Positions 24,831 through 38,520 of a stretch of 64,000 bases of DNA are shown here, in pieces. The position numbers were made by a program, and so were the translations under genes. The stretch is from Hemiscyllium ocellatum (taxonomy: Eukaryota), in assembly GCF_020745735.1 (NCBI RefSeq), contig NC_083425.1, forward strand, positions 16,107,575-16,171,574, in the 5' to 3' direction. The notes under the pieces are model-generated. The model was not told the DNA's origin. It did no database searches and worked only from the letters and a program-made list of their open reading frames with translations. Every line of letters starts with the position of its first letter. The stretch's first letter is position 1.

Positions 24831-25859
24831 ATACGGATCTGTGTTCAGTTGTTCTGACTGTAGCGGTTTGTACACACACATAACGCATTGGCATTTTTGC
24901 ACTGCTGAAGTGTGAAATGGCTGGCAGGTTGCAGTGACAATCTTTGTAAAGGCAAGGGTGTGAAAGGAGCCCTGCCCTGGAGCAGAATGATTGTTGGCTG
25001 AAATCAGAATCAAACTAAGCAACAAAACACATGTTCAGTTAATAATAGCTGTTCAGAATTGAAACACTTGCCCCAGCTGCGAATTTTATTACATTGCTTT
25101 GGATTTGGACAAGGGATGCTGCAAAGGTTCAGGTTTGATGGAAATGGAGACATTTATTTACTGCCAGCTGCTTGTTTTCTGACGATTTCACATACCCATA
25201 GAAGGACATAAAACAGCACGGTGCACAATGTTCATACAAGAAAGTTGATCAGTTGAATACAGGTATAGAAGTGAGCCACAATTGAAGGAGTGGAGAGGGC
25301 AAACAAATTAGGAAGCAATTGCTCCAGATTCTGTAAAAAACCTGGTTTCCCAACTCTGCAAATTAACTTCTTTTTCCCTAATTTTAAAATTCTCATAGTT
25401 ATTTTCAAATCCTTCTATTCAGCGTCCCATGTCTTCCAACTCCCAAATTATGGCCTCTTGAACAGCCTGAAATTTCTTCACTCCAACACTCCCTGTGATG
25501 TATCTTCTGCCATGCAGATCTCCAAAGTATGTGCATGGCACTGTCGTCCATAAACAGAAGCCAATGCATTGGCAACAGATCTACGTGCATGGAACCTTCC
25601 AGAAGCTGTGTGGCCATGTAGCTCACAGCAACTATTGTTGGGAAACATGCTTTCAGCACTGAGGCCATAGTGTCTCTTGTTTCCTGCTTCTCCATCCTTA
25701 TTTTCAACTTAGAACTGATATAATAGTTGATGACTACCCAAATATCATGTGAAAAACACAGAGGGCACAACACTCTTGAACTGCATCCAAGATGACTTTT
25801 TAAGCCAGCACTCAGTAAGCCCAATGACAGACAGGCACAATTTTAGAAGCTGGGCAGAT

Positions 25860-27020
25860 AGATGAAGTAGCAGTGGGTAGCCATTTTGGCGATAGTGATC
25901 ATAACATAGTTAGGGTTAGCTTTACAGGAAGGCTGTGTCTAACTATCTTAATTGAATATTTTGTGAAGTTATCATGGAAGATTGGTGAACATAGTACAGT
26001 TGATATTGTTTACGTGGATTTCAGTAAGGCATTTGACAAGACCGATCTGTCAGAAAAAAGATATAAAGAAATGTGATGAGTTGGATATAAAATTGATTCA
26101 GTGACTGACCCAAAAGGTTAGCACATGTATTTGGAAATGGAAAGCAGTGTCTAGTGGTGTGCCACATGATTCAGTGTTGTGTTCCTTGCTGTATGGTTTC
26201 TACATTAATAATTTAGACTCAAATGTGGGAGACTTAATTGGGAAAGTTGTAAATGATCCAAAAAATGACCATGTTGTTGATTGTGCAGAGGATGCTTCTT
26301 AACTGCAAGAAGACAGCAATAGTTTTGATAAGTGGGCAGAAAAATTGGAAATGAAATTCAATCCAGAGAGGTGTGAGGTTAATCATTTGGGAAGACCAAA
26401 CATAGCAATTGAATACCCAATAAATAGGAAGGTGTTGAGAAGGGTAGAGGAAATGAGAAATCTTGGAGTGCATGCCCATGGATTCCTGAAGGTGACAGGA
26501 TAGATAGACAAAGTGGTCAAAAAGACATATGAGATGCTTTCTTACATTGGACAAAGTATACAGTGCAAAGTCAGGGCTGGAACTGTGTAAGACAGACTCT
26601 GGCTAGCAGCTTGTGTGTCATTCTGGTAAACAGGGTGAACATAATTGCTGTCAAAGGAATAGAGAGGGAATTTAAAAGAATGTGGCAAGGACTTGAAATT
26701 GTAGCTGTGAAGAAAGATTGGATAGGCTAGAGTTGTTTTACTGAGAACAGAAAAGGCTGAGAGGTGATTTAATTGAGCTGTATAAAATAATTAAGCATTT
26801 GGATAGAGTGGCCATGGAAAACCTGTTATGTTAACCCAACAACGCGGGAGCACAAAATTAAAGTAATTGATAGAAGGATTGGAGGGGACATGAGAAAAAG
26901 CTTTTTCACCCAGAGGTGGTGGATTTCTGGAATTTGCTTCCTAATTTGACAGTTGATGTGGAAACCCATAACGCATTAAAAAGAAACCTGTATCTACACT
27001 TGAAATGCTTTAACCTGTAA
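25860..27020 (+). mobile_element. Old decayed CR1 ORF2
   Basis: HFGDSDHNIV; VDIVYVDFSKAFDK; FNPERCEVNHLG. Confidence 0.8.
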
Positions 27021-27369
27021 CATCCAGTGTCTCCATTACTGGTAAATCCCATACGTGCAATGCAGCCACTTGCTGACGTTTGTTCAGCAATATCACTTAA
27101 AACAAAAAATGGCCAAGAGCACTAAGTGAATGGGAACAATATTGTAGCCTTGTAATATGAAATAGCAATCTATTTCATAGTGTTCACTTAGTGTTCACTT
27201 AAAGGTGTCATATCGAAAAATACCAGTAAATGTAGTTGTAATAAGAAACAGAAGAAATGTATTGAGCAATACATTGTATTGTTAAACACCATTTTTTTGT
27301 GGATTATCCATCTTTCACATTCTGTTTTGTCTCTTGCTATTTCTAAGTCACAGGAGCCTCATGTTTAGC

Positions 27370-27622
27370 TAAGAACCTCACCATCATCACTACCAAATAT
27401 CCCTCAAAGTCATACACCATCCTATCACAGATATATTATGGTCCCTTCAATGCTCCTGCATACAAATCTTGGACATTCCCCAGTTACAGATTTAGGAGAG
27501 TATCTTCATCTCCAGGACAGCAGTGATCCAAAAGAAACGCCTTTCTCAAGGCAGAAGCTAAGATGAGCAATAAATACCAACCTTGCCCATAATGCCCATA
27601 TCCTGAGAACTAACATAAAAAA
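27370..27622 (+). mobile_element. Decayed 3' end of the second CR1-group family
   Basis: CACACCATCCT..GAGCAATAAATACCAACCTTGCCCATAATGCCCATATCC followed by an A-run. Confidence 0.6.
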
Positions 27623-28929
27623 AATCCTTCTCCAGTCAGGAAATTAAGGATATTAACCAGCAGTGGTAAGAAATTGGACCAGAACTCCTTCAAACTATGG
27701 CCTTATCTGATTGGAAAAATTCCTCAGTTCATAAGAAAACTACATCAGCCACCAGATGAGTCATGCCATATGATGTGCAAAGACCCTTTGGCTGTCTGAA
27801 GTAAGCCGATGTCATGGCAGTTGAGTTTGGTTGTGACCTTCATAACCACTGACATAGGAATCCAGGTGAATAAGCAATGGTTTTTGTGCAGAGACTGGCC
27901 CAGTTCCTCTTATCATGCACAACGTCTCATTAAATTCTGAACGCCACTCATTGTCCTGTGTGTTCTTCATGGAGGGGGTGCAGATTGGGGTTCGGTGGGA
28001 TTAATATGGTCTGCATCTTTCTTAAAGACAGCCTCATTCTTTTTTTCTCCAGCCTCTTCTATAGTAAAGTATTTTCACAAAGGAATGTCATATTAGCTCA
28101 TGAGAAACCCTCAGTGTGGGTGGATAAAATCAAAATCTCCTTGTGGTCTCACACTGCCTCAAGTGCAACAACAACAGTCTAGACCGAATACCATAGCATT
28201 TTTCAGTAATTGCACCTTAGACTTACAAGTCAGTCTCAGGTATTCCTCATCTCCAGCATTCTAGCATCAACTTCACTTTATATTTTGCATTATCACTCAT
28301 TAGCGTCTTCCCAGGGTAATCCAGGATGTTGGTCTGGCGAGGGAGGCACACACATGCCATGAATTAATATAAAAAACACCTTATGTTATCAGTGTAAATT
28401 TAAAGGATTGTGGGTTCTTTGTACCAGCTGCCCCCATGCTGTTTAATGTGGCACACATCAATTCTTCAGGTAGTTCATAGGAAAGGCCAAGTTGTGCTCA
28501 GAAATTTGGGGAATCAGTTTTGATTAACAAGATCAACAAAAATTGATTTTGCCTGAACTATCAATCCAGAGATGTTATCATTCCTGATTTAGAACTGGAG
28601 AGCAACTGAAAACTGGGACAGATTTTAGACTGCAGTATTTTTTTGCATGAACATAGGAGGTTAACTACAAAGAAGTTATTGACCTTATTTTAATGTTCTT
28701 CGCAGCAACCAGTTCTTGATCATTTTGGTTTCTGACTGGAAATGAGCAAATGTGTCAGAATTACATGCCTAATAACTGCATGAGTCAATTCAAGCACAGT
28801 GGTTTTGACTGACTTGTTTGGTTTTTTTGCAAATAGCTAGGATGCAATTTTAAATTGTGTTGTCATGCATTTGTATATTGTAATTTGCTGGTTGTGACTG
28901 ACTTTGAGTGCATTCTGACTGACCCCTTC

Positions 28930-29200
28930 AGATCCAGTTTGACATATGCTTCACTTTTGTGAAGTTCACTGCATGTTTATTTTCCTGCCAAGTTTTGAAA
29001 ATCCAGCCTTTAACTGGGGAAAATGTGTAGTAGCGTGAACTAGAAAAAAGTGATTTATTTTGCAGTGGTTTGTTTCTGCAAAGTGGTTCACGCTTAATGT
29101 GTCCCCGAGGAGTACAGCATTGCATTGGAGTGAGATCCTGTTCACGTCACTTCGCACTTGGAGTCACTTTCCTGGCTAGCAAATGGGAAAAAAGGTAAGA
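28930..29200 (+). promoter_or_regulatory. Candidate promoter / first exon ending in a strong splice donor (uORF or N-terminus MGKK)
   Basis: Non-repeat, CpG-retaining sequence; CACGTCAC (CRE-like), GAGTCA and TTCCTG motifs; ATG GGA AAA AAG|GTAAGA at 29183-29200. Confidence 0.35.
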
Positions 29201-29924
29201 GGAATCCATTGCCATATTTTGGCTGATTAGTCCACTGCCCTCTCAGTCCCATCCCTACTTCCCCCTCAGTCATTTGCCTTCCTCTTCCCCTCCATGAAGG
29301 CCCCTTATCCCCCCACTGCCTCCTTCAGCTCGTGTGGTCTCTCTCCATCGCCAAAGCTGTTCCGTGTTTGGCCAGCATACTGGAACATCTGCTAAGCTTC
29401 CCCTTACTCCAACTGGCATTGTAAATCTGAAATGGTAGAGTGAGTTCAAAAACAAAGCCCTTTAGCACTCCATCTCTTTATTAAACACAAGTGCACATGG
29501 ATTGCGTGACATGGTGATGCTTAGTTATGGCAGCTCTTGTATAAACGTAACAGAGCTCATAACTCAAGAGAACCACAGGCACACGCAGGTTATGAAAATC
29601 TTCTGCAATTGTGTAAGAATGCCTGGAATTCATTCCAGTATTAATTGGTAAGACATTATGCATGTTCCAAAGAAGAATATCTTCGTATTAACTCTCTGAG
29701 ACAGTTCTTAAATGTCACTTTTGTTGCCATTAAGTGTAAACTACATTTTCCCATCCTGGCTAATTTTAGCAAAAATGTTACGTAAAGCAGGAGAATGTGT
29801 CTTTTTTTTCCCCTGAGAGATAATGTCCTACTCAATCATAAATAGATAGATAACATGATTGGAAAACAAAAAGAAAAGAAAATTTGGCTTTGAAACTCAA
29901 ATAAAATGAGTTTACAGCACTGGT

Positions 29925-30735
29925 AAATTGATTTGATTTGATTTATGATTGTCACATGTACTGAGATACAGTGAAAAGTATTGTTTTGTGTGCTTTTCAG
30001 ACAAATCATACCTAACATTAGTACATCAGGGTAATAGAACAGAATGCAGACTATAGTGTTACAGCTATAGAGAAGGTGCAGAGAAAGATCAACTCTAAAA
30101 TATGAGAGATCTGTTCTTAAGTCTGATAACAGTAGGGAAGAAGCTATTCTTAAATCTGTTGGTATATGTGTTCAAACCTCTGTACCTTCTGGGAGAGAGT
30201 ATAGCCAGGCTTGGAGGGATCTTGCTGCTTTCCTGAGGCAGGAGAATGTGTAATTGGAGTCAATGGAAGGAAGGCTGGTTTTCGTGATGGATTGGGCTGC
30301 GTTCACAACTCGTTGTAATTTCTTGCGGTTATGGGCAGAGCAGTTTCCGTACCGTGCTGAGGTGTGTCTATAAAAACTGGTAAGAGTCATTATGGATATG
30401 CCAAATTTCCTTAGCCTTCTGAGGAAATTGAGGTGTTGGTGTGTTTTCTTAATTGTGCCATTGATGTGGATGGGCCAGGTAGATTGTTGGTGATATTTAC
30501 TCCAATTAACTTGAATCTCTCGAGCATCTCCACCTCAGCACCATTGACACAGACAGGGGCATGTCCTCCACTCTGCTTTCTGAAGTCAATGACCAGCTCC
30601 TTTGTTTTGCTGACATTGAAGGACAGATTATTGTCTTTACACAATGCCACTAAGCTCACTATCTCTTTCCTTTTGAGTGTAGTAAAGGGCTGAGTACGCA
30701 GCCTGGGGGGGGTGCACCATTATTGAGGATAACAT
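29925..30735 (-). mobile_element. Rex1/Babar LINE 3' part
   Basis: CKDNNLSFNVSKTKELVIDFRK..VNGAEVE..FKLIGVNITNNL; LQRVVNAAQSIT; tail TTTCACTGTATCTCAGTACATGTGACAAT(CAAAT)n. Confidence 0.92.
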
Positions 30736-33529
30736 GGAGGTGGCATAAAAGGAAGAGCTTCGATAATATTTTGCAACCGTCGAGTTAATGCTGCCATGAA
30801 AGAAGAGGAAAATCTTGGAGTATCCTTAAAATAGGAAATAATCGGTATGGGGTGTTTTCAGAGGTTGTTAGTGTGGTCAGGTTATGGAGTAATGGAAAAA
30901 AACAGCCATCAATACAATAGACTGGGATTTGGACAGCTGAGGGTGGATAATGCAGCAGACAGTTGGATATCTCAATAGCCTCAGCTACTTTAGCCTGGAC
31001 CAAGGCTGATGAATTATCTTGATTAGCTTCACTGGCTGTGACAGAAATTGAGTGCAATCAAAGCACAATTATATTCTGTACTTCACCCAATTTATTGAAT
31101 GTCATCACTTTCCTTAATCATTTTTCTCTGGTGATTGTTCCAGCATTCACAATGAACATAACATTCATGTGTCATAATATTCAGGGCTCTGGGCCAAGTG
31201 TTGGAAAGTAGGATTAGAATAGATTTAGAGTAGTTTTGTTAGTGCAGACTTGATAGTCCAACAGGCCTCTTCTGTACTGTGTCATTCTGAGCATCAAATA
31301 TTTGGGGTATCTTTAAGCTGTGTTGGAGATTGTTGGGCATGTACTGGCTCCCTGTTTTGATCCCAGGGTGAAAGTGTCTCCATTTTTGGGTTTCCATCTC
31401 CTTCAATCAACTTGAAAGATCAGTGTCTGCCTCTTCAGCGCTCAGAGAACATCCCTTTAGCTCTCCATTTTTCAAAATATATCCACCATCATTAATCTGT
31501 TGGAAAGTTCATCTTCCGACCATAGATTGATCAATTTGTAGAAAAGCATGGATTGGTGATTGTTAACCAAGCTATATGGCTTCTCAGTCCTGTTTGACTC
31601 TGGCAGAGAAATCCTGAAGAATGAAAATTCTCAGCTGTTACATCTAACTTTGGTATAACTCTTGTCTCAACAATGCAATACAAGATAAAGATGTCCATAT
31701 TTTGCTTCCTATTTTATGTTTTAAAATCTTTGCTTTGATTATCAATGTGCGCAATTAGTTGAAACAACAAGGTTGTTTGAAGCACATTTCCAAGCTTGAC
31801 GATGTACATGTACCAATGAATCACACAAAGAAAGTGTAGCAAACATGGGATCTAATTGTAATGGGTAGCTAGTGCTCTCCTTCAAAATAGGAGTCAGTAT
31901 TTGACTTAATCGCAATAACAGAATAGAATTTTTGGGGAAGAATTGGATGTGGGTCCCAAAAGGCCCCATTGGCCGTTGTTCCAGAAACAGCATGTATGGG
32001 TTTTCTAACTAACCTTTGTGGATGCCAGATCATGGTCTGAGAAAAACATCTTTCAGTCTTCTGATGATTTTTCTATGCCTCCTGCAGGTATCTCGCCTCC
32101 ATTCCATTCTTAATCATGCATTCTGGCAAAGCCTCTTGTGACGTTGCTTGATTCCCTGAACTGCGAGCAATTGTTGAGCATTTGTACTCAATTGTCACAT
32201 GGATGAGGCCCCACTCTGTAAATTATCTTGTCTTCCTGCTGAAGACATTATGAGGACAGGCTACAAACCCCAAACTACAAATCATGGGAGTTCACTCTTG
32301 AATTGGGAACATGGGAATCATATATTGAATGTATATCAAAGTTGCACCCCCCTCCCACTGTCTGTACGTCTTTAGACATTTGGACATGCTCTACTATCAT
32401 TAATCTTCTGGTTAGAGTGGTGTAGTAACAAAACTCTGGAAGGGTTTTATTCATTCCGTTAACAAACCTGTCAAAGTCCTCAGCCGGAATTGTATCTTCA
32501 GGAATTAATTAATTGTTAAATGGAAAATCTCAGCTTGACTTTCACTACACCCTGAACATTCAGTGTCATCCTGTACATTGTTACTTTTCATTGGAGCAAT
32601 CTATATGATTGTTGGCTCATGCACACATATTTTTCCCATTTTGGCCACCAAAATGGTTTCGGCTGACCAGTAGTGAGCGCTGTTCTACCCTGAAGCAAGC
32701 TAAAAAGAAGTGGTGACGAATGATAAAAATCTGAAATAAGGAGCAATGACGACCTTCAGAGCTTCTGCTTTAACCTTCTGGACCTACCACCAAGCTTCAG
32801 TTTTCCTGCCAAAGATGTAATTATTTACATGAGTGTGTTCAATGTGCCATCGTTTACAGACTGGAGTTCAATGATCAGCTGTTTCACATTTACTCAATGT
32901 CAAGCATGCTGCTCACATATTTTATCGTACAATTATAATTAATGTTTGATTGGATAAATTGTTTCAAGCTCAATTATCAAGCAATAACATAAAATGGCAG
33001 ATTATGAAACCAGAGCAGCATAATCCTTTTTGAATGACAAAGCACAGCGGTATATTTATTTGTTTTATTTCATTTTAACAAGATTGGAGGTCACAATTCA
33101 GTTTTTTTTTGAAGTGTGATCCAATTATGCCAAAGTAAATTAGGCTTCAGGGAACAGAATCATCAGAATGATTTGCTGACATTCGAGTCTTTTAAGTGGA
33201 GCATTCAGTATACAAATTACTTACTCCAGTAATCCAGTGAAGGCAGACTAGACCTGACATAACGGGTAAGGCACAGTTACTGCCAACGGAATGGGGGAAA
33301 CCATGCAGTTAACATTAGTTCTGAGTTGCTGAGGCCTTAACTGGAACCTTTCTTAAGGCCACTAAGCTACCTCACAAGGGGAGCTCAATAAATGAAAATA
33401 CATGGATTATACAGAACAGACCAATTCGTCTCTGATGGCAGATGTACTCCACATGAGTCTCCTGCCATTCCAAGTGCCTCAGTTCAGCCTTTCACCATGT
33501 ATTTCTATTTCTTTTGCATTTATGTACTC

Positions 33530-33840
33530 AGCTTGGTGGTATTGTACTGATATCAGTAGACCAGAAAACCAGAAACCTGGCTCTTGCTGTTGGGACAGCA
33601 GTTCAATTTGTACCATGGCAGCTGGTGAAATTTAAATTCAGCGATTAAATCTGCAGTTATCAGCCAGTCCCGGTAATGGCAATCATGAAATCATGTTGGT
33701 TGTTGCGAAAACTGGTTCTCTGAATATCTGGTTCACTGATGTCCTTTAGGAAAGGAAATTTGCCATCCTTACCTGGCCTGGCCTAATGACTCTTAACTGC
33801 CCTCTGAAATGACCTAGCAAGCCACTGAGGTCAAGGGATG
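33530..33840 (+). mobile_element. Deu-type SINE
   Basis: TCTGGTTCACTGATGTCCTTTAGGAAAGGAAATTTGCCATCCTTACCTGG..GACTCTTAACTGCCCTCTGAAATG. Confidence 0.75.
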
Positions 33841-34041
33841 AGAAATGAAAATAGGAAACATTGTATCCTTCTGCATGCAGATTTGGGGGAATTATGTTAT
33901 CATTGGGACAGCACAATGTTAGGGGGATAAGGGTGTAATGGTAATGTTTCTAGACCAGAGACCCAAACTAATGTTTGGGGGTATGGATTTCAGCCCTATC
34001 TCAGCACCTGATTGAATTTGAATTCAGCTAGCAGGCTGGCA

Positions 34042-34322
34042 AGGTGGCTCAGTGGTTAGTGCTGCTGTCTCTCAGTACCAGGTTCCCCGGTTCGATTCCA
34101 GTCTTGGGCTACTGTCTGTGTGGAGTTTGCACATTCTCTGTGTAGGTTTCCTCTCACAGTCCAAAGATGTGCAGGTCAGGGTAATTGACCATGCTAAGTT
34201 GCCTGTAATGTTAGTTGCATTAGTCAGAGGGAAATGAGTGGGTTACTCTTTGGAGGGTCGGTGTTGACTGATTGGGCCGAAGAGCCTTTTTCCACACTGC
34301 AGGGAAGCTAATCTAATCTAAA
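34042..34322 (+). mobile_element. HE1-type SINE
   Basis: GGTGGCTCAGTGGTTAG, GGTTCGATTCC, V core and (AATCT)n tail. Confidence 0.9.
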
Positions 34323-34529
34323 TTCATTTTAAATGTTAGAACGGTTTATGCCTCTACTACACTGTGCTTTGGGTTACAGATGTCTCAATTAACGTAAGTA
34401 ATGATAAAAAGGCAAAACAAAATGCTGGAGCTAGTTGCTTGAGTATTTGAAGATTTGAGGGATACAGTTGAAAATTAGGGAAGTTACATTACACTGGATA
34501 GACGATACCTGACATTTTAAAGGAAGAGG

Positions 34530-35177
34530 ATTCTGGGTAATCCAAGATGGAGGACAGGAAAACATTCTGGCTGTAACAAGCTGCTCCTTTTTTGAGGTAT
34601 TTTAGGTGTTTGAGGTGATTTCCTTGAATTCCAGGAGCAGCAATTACTGTTTTATATGCTGTTGCATTGTTTTGGAACTTTGGAAAAAAAAGTCAAAACA
34701 ACAGCAGTTTTAAAAGGGAGAAGAGCAGACAAAGTAAGCACATGGTGAGGTCATTGCAAAGAGAGAGAGAAAAACCTGCACAGTTACTGCCTTTACTGTT
34801 TGAATTCATGTCGGATGCTGAGGGCTGACCTTATAGAGATTTACAAAATTGTGAGGGGCATGGATAGGGTAAATAGACAAAGTCTTTTCCCTAGGATCAG
34901 TGAGTCCAGAACTAGAGGGCATAGGTTTAGGGTGAGAGGGAAAAGATTTTCACACAGAGGGTGGTATGTGTATGGAATGAGCTGCCAGAGGAAGTGGTAG
35001 AGGCTGGTACAGTTGCAACATTTAAGAGGCATTTGGATGGGTATATGAATAGGAAGGGTTTGGAGGGATATGGGCCGGGTGCTGGCAGATGGGACTAGAT
35101 TGGGTTGGGATATCTGATCGGCATTGACCGGTTGTACCGAAGGGTCTGTTTCCATGCTGTACATCTCTATGACTCTA
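34530..35177 (+). mobile_element. Internally deleted CR1: 5'UTR joined directly to the 3' end
   Basis: 34760-34810 matches the reverse complement of 21562-21612 (CR1 5'UTR); from about 34811 it reads RMLRADLIEIYKIV..CTATGACTCT (CR1 3' end). Confidence 0.85.
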
Positions 35178-35825
35178 ATAAATCTGGAATGTAAGTCTAG
35201 TCTTGGCATGCTTTAGTGCTGCTCTACACATTTCTATAAATCAGAGCTCTATAACAAAAAAAATACTTTTGCAACATACTGACATTAAAGTCAAGTTTGT
35301 GCCCACTAACTTATAGTAATTTCTGTTTCAGCAATATCTTAATTTTAAAACTCTCACCTTGGTTTTCACTTTCTTCCATGGTCTTCTTGCTCCCGATCCT
35401 ACAATATTATAATGTTTGTAACAACAGCGATCCAACAGTGTGAGAGGTGATGGTTCAGTAGTTATTTGACTAGTAATCCAGACACAGATGCTCTATTTTG
35501 TGAGTATTAAAGGTGCCAATTTGGTAGCATATTGACATCATTACCTGACAAAAAATGGTATAATTTACAGATTTGCATTTTGTCCTTATGAGATTTTGAC
35601 CAGGAAAAATGTCTTTTTTCTGATTCTTGGGTTTTCCTTATTCCTACATGCCCTGACATCATAATTTTATGTGCTACTCACAAAATCTACTTATGACATA
35701 TGAACTCTGATTAATCACCCATTTCTCATCTGCAGATCTGTAGTGGCATCTCCAATTTCACTTCAGCATTCCATTCTTAACATAATCGTACTTTGGAACT
35801 TTTTCAGATTGAGCTTCAGTTTGAA

Positions 35826-37230
35826 TTGATGTAATGCCACTATTTAAGAAAGGTGGTAAGGCAAAGTCAGGAAGGTACAGACCAGTGAGCCTGGCATCAA
35901 ATGTAGGCATGTTGTTGAAGGGAATCCTGAGGAACAGGGTTTGCATGTATTTGGAAAGGCAAGGACTGATAGGGATAGTCAATATGGCTTTGTGTGTGGG
36001 ATATCATGTCCCACTAACTTGAATGAGTTGTTTGAAGGAGTAACAAGGAGGATTGAGTGGTGGACGTGATTATGTAGACTTCAGTAAGGCATTCAACAAG
36101 GTTCCTCATGGTAGCCTGGTGAGCAAGGTTAGATCTCATGGAATACAGGGAGATCTAGCCATTTGAATACAGAACTGGCTTGAAGGTAGAAGACAGAGGG
36201 TGGCATTGGAGGGTTGCTTTTCAAATTGGAGGCCTGTGACTAGCGGTGTGCCACAAGGACCAGTGCTGGGTCCACTGCTTTAATATAAATGATTTGGATG
36301 TGAACATAAGAAGTATATTTAGTAAGTTTGCAGATGACACCAAAATTGGAGGTAGAAGAAGAAGGTTGCTTCAGATTACAACAGGATTTTGTTCAGATGG
36401 ACCAATGGGTTAAGGAGTGGCAGATAGAATTTAATTTAGATAAATGTGAGGTGTTGCATTTTGGAAAGGCAAATCAGAGCAGGACTTATACACTTAATAG
36501 TTAGGTCCTAGGGGGTGTTACTGAACAAAGAGACCTTGGAGTACAGTTTCATAGTTCCTCGAAAGTAGAGTTGCAGGTCAATACGATAATGATGAAGGTG
36601 TTTGGTATGCTTTCCTTTATTGGGCAGAGCATAGAGTAAATGAGTTAGGAGGTCATATTGAGGCTGTATAGGACATTGATTAGGCCACTTTTTGTATATT
36701 GCTTGCAATTCTGGTCTCCCTTCTATAGGAAGGATATTGTGAAACTAGAAATGGTTCAGAAAAGATTTACAAGGATGTTGCCAGGATTTGAGCTATAGGG
36801 AGAGGCTGAATAGGCTGGGGCTGTTTCCTTGGAGTGTTGGAGGCTGATGGGGTGACCTTATAAAGGTTTATAAAATCATAGGGGGCCTGGATAGGATGAA
36901 TCACCAAAGTCTTTTCCCCAAGGTGGGGGAATTCGAAACTAGATGGCATAGGTTTAAGATGAGAGGGGAATGATTTAAAAAGGACCTAACGGGGAACCTT
37001 TTCATGCAAAAGACGGTGTGTGTATGGAATAGGCTGCGAGAGGAAGTGGTGGATGCTGATACAATGGCAACATTTAAAAGGCATCTGGATGGGTAAATGA
37101 ATTCGAGGGGTTTAAAGGGAGATGGGCTAGGTACTGGCAAATGGGACTGGGTTACCTTAGGATAGCTGGTTGGTATGGACAAGTTGGACCGAAGGGTCTG
37201 TTTCCGTGCTGTACACCTCTATGACTCTAT
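35826..37230 (+). mobile_element. 5'-truncated CR1 (RT + 3' end)
   Basis: PLFKKGGK..YRPVSL; DFSKAFNKVPHG; KFADDTKIG; CTATGACTCTAT tail. Confidence 0.95.
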
Positions 37231-37235
37231 GTATT

Positions 37236-37710
37236 ACATAGGAACATAGAAACTGTAGTGATTGACAGCAGGCAGATCTTATTGGCTATGAATTCCTTGA
37301 TCAGGGTTGTTAATTTAGGCTGATCAGGGAGCCATGGCTGACAGATATAAACAGGGGATTCAAAGAGTTTCCTGAATGACTCTGAGATGGAACATATAAA
37401 TAAAGGGGCTCTCGGTGTTGGTGTTCTGGCCTCTGTGCAGTTATTTCAGAAACAGAGAAGAGAGGAGAAGGAGTAGGCCATTCAACCCCTCAAGCCCATT
37501 CAGTATAATCAGAGCTGATCATCGAGCTCAATGGCCTAATCCAATGCTTTCCCTATATCCTTTGATTCCTTAGCCACCAGAGCTATATTTAACTCCATAG
37601 AATCACATACTGCTTTGTCTTCAACCACTTCCTGTGTTCGTGAATTCCACAGGATCACAACCTCTGGGGGAAGAAAAGTCTCCTCATCTTAGTCTGAAAG
37701 GGTTTACTCT
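37236..37710 (-). mobile_element. CR1 3' end (opposite strand), interrupted by a solo LTR
   Basis: CATAGGAACATAGAAAC..GGAGTAGGCCATTCAACCCCTCAAGCC..GAATTCCACAGG. Confidence 0.75.
37254..37448 (+). mobile_element. Solo LTR (195 bp)
   Basis: TG...CA termini; 5-bp TSD GAAAC at 37249-37253 and 37449-37453; TATAAA and AATAAA. Confidence 0.9.
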
Positions 37711-38099
37711 TTTTGCTCTCCTATGCTTACTTTATTAACTGGGGATCTGTTTTATGAGCCTCAATTAAGGAAGACAAGCCAATACTTCTTTGAATTACCC
37801 TCCTCCTTAAGGAACGTTTAACTGCTCTATCACACGCTTGTGGCATCGCTTAACCTTTGGTATAGACTTTGTTCTGATTGCAATGCACAATGTAAAAATA
37901 CCTGCATTATTTTCTTGTAACTGTCTCTTAAATATTCCTTAGGTTTTCGATGATCATGGGTGAAGCTCTAACTTGCACTAGAGCCAAATTACCAGGAGCA
38001 TGACCCCTTAAAACAGTCATGGTTTCAGCTACATTATTCTAAGCAAATAGAAATTATCTTCCCCTTTGACAAAAACCCTTTGTGTCTCTTGTCTACCTA

Positions 38100-38520
38100 A
38101 TTCAGCTCATCTGTACTCTCAGCAGGACTCACTGTCACAAGCCCCACAGCTTCATGAACTCACTCATACCTTGTTTCCCCTGTGTCATAAGTTTTAGAAA
38201 CCTTCTTTAATTGTGAAGCGTAAATTTCCCATGCTTTACCTGTTTAACTTGCTCTGCATGGGCACCGTCTAGTCTCTTTTGACCATTTCATTGGTCTTGC
38301 TTGTTTCTCAAATGACTGGATGAATGCCTCCTTGTACGAGACCTCAGATTTCGGTAGGGCCTGTTCAAATTTAAACTTTTCCTTTTTGAACTTGAGAATA
38401 GAACTGGAATCTTCTCCATCAGATCATTCCTCAGCTTCTAAGATCTCCTTTTGACTAACCATTTCAAGCTTAAATTCACTTTTTTTTCTCTTGTTTCCTC
38501 GTAAATTTCTAGATCCCCCT
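38100..38520 (-). pseudogene. Gypsy (Gmr1-like) gag relic
   Basis: FKFEQALPKSEVSYKEAFIQSFEKQARPMKWSKRD*TVPMQSKL, then GKAWEIYAS after a frameshift; resembles the P-F-E..F..FE..A..W..W..L.GKA gag motif. Confidence 0.7.
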
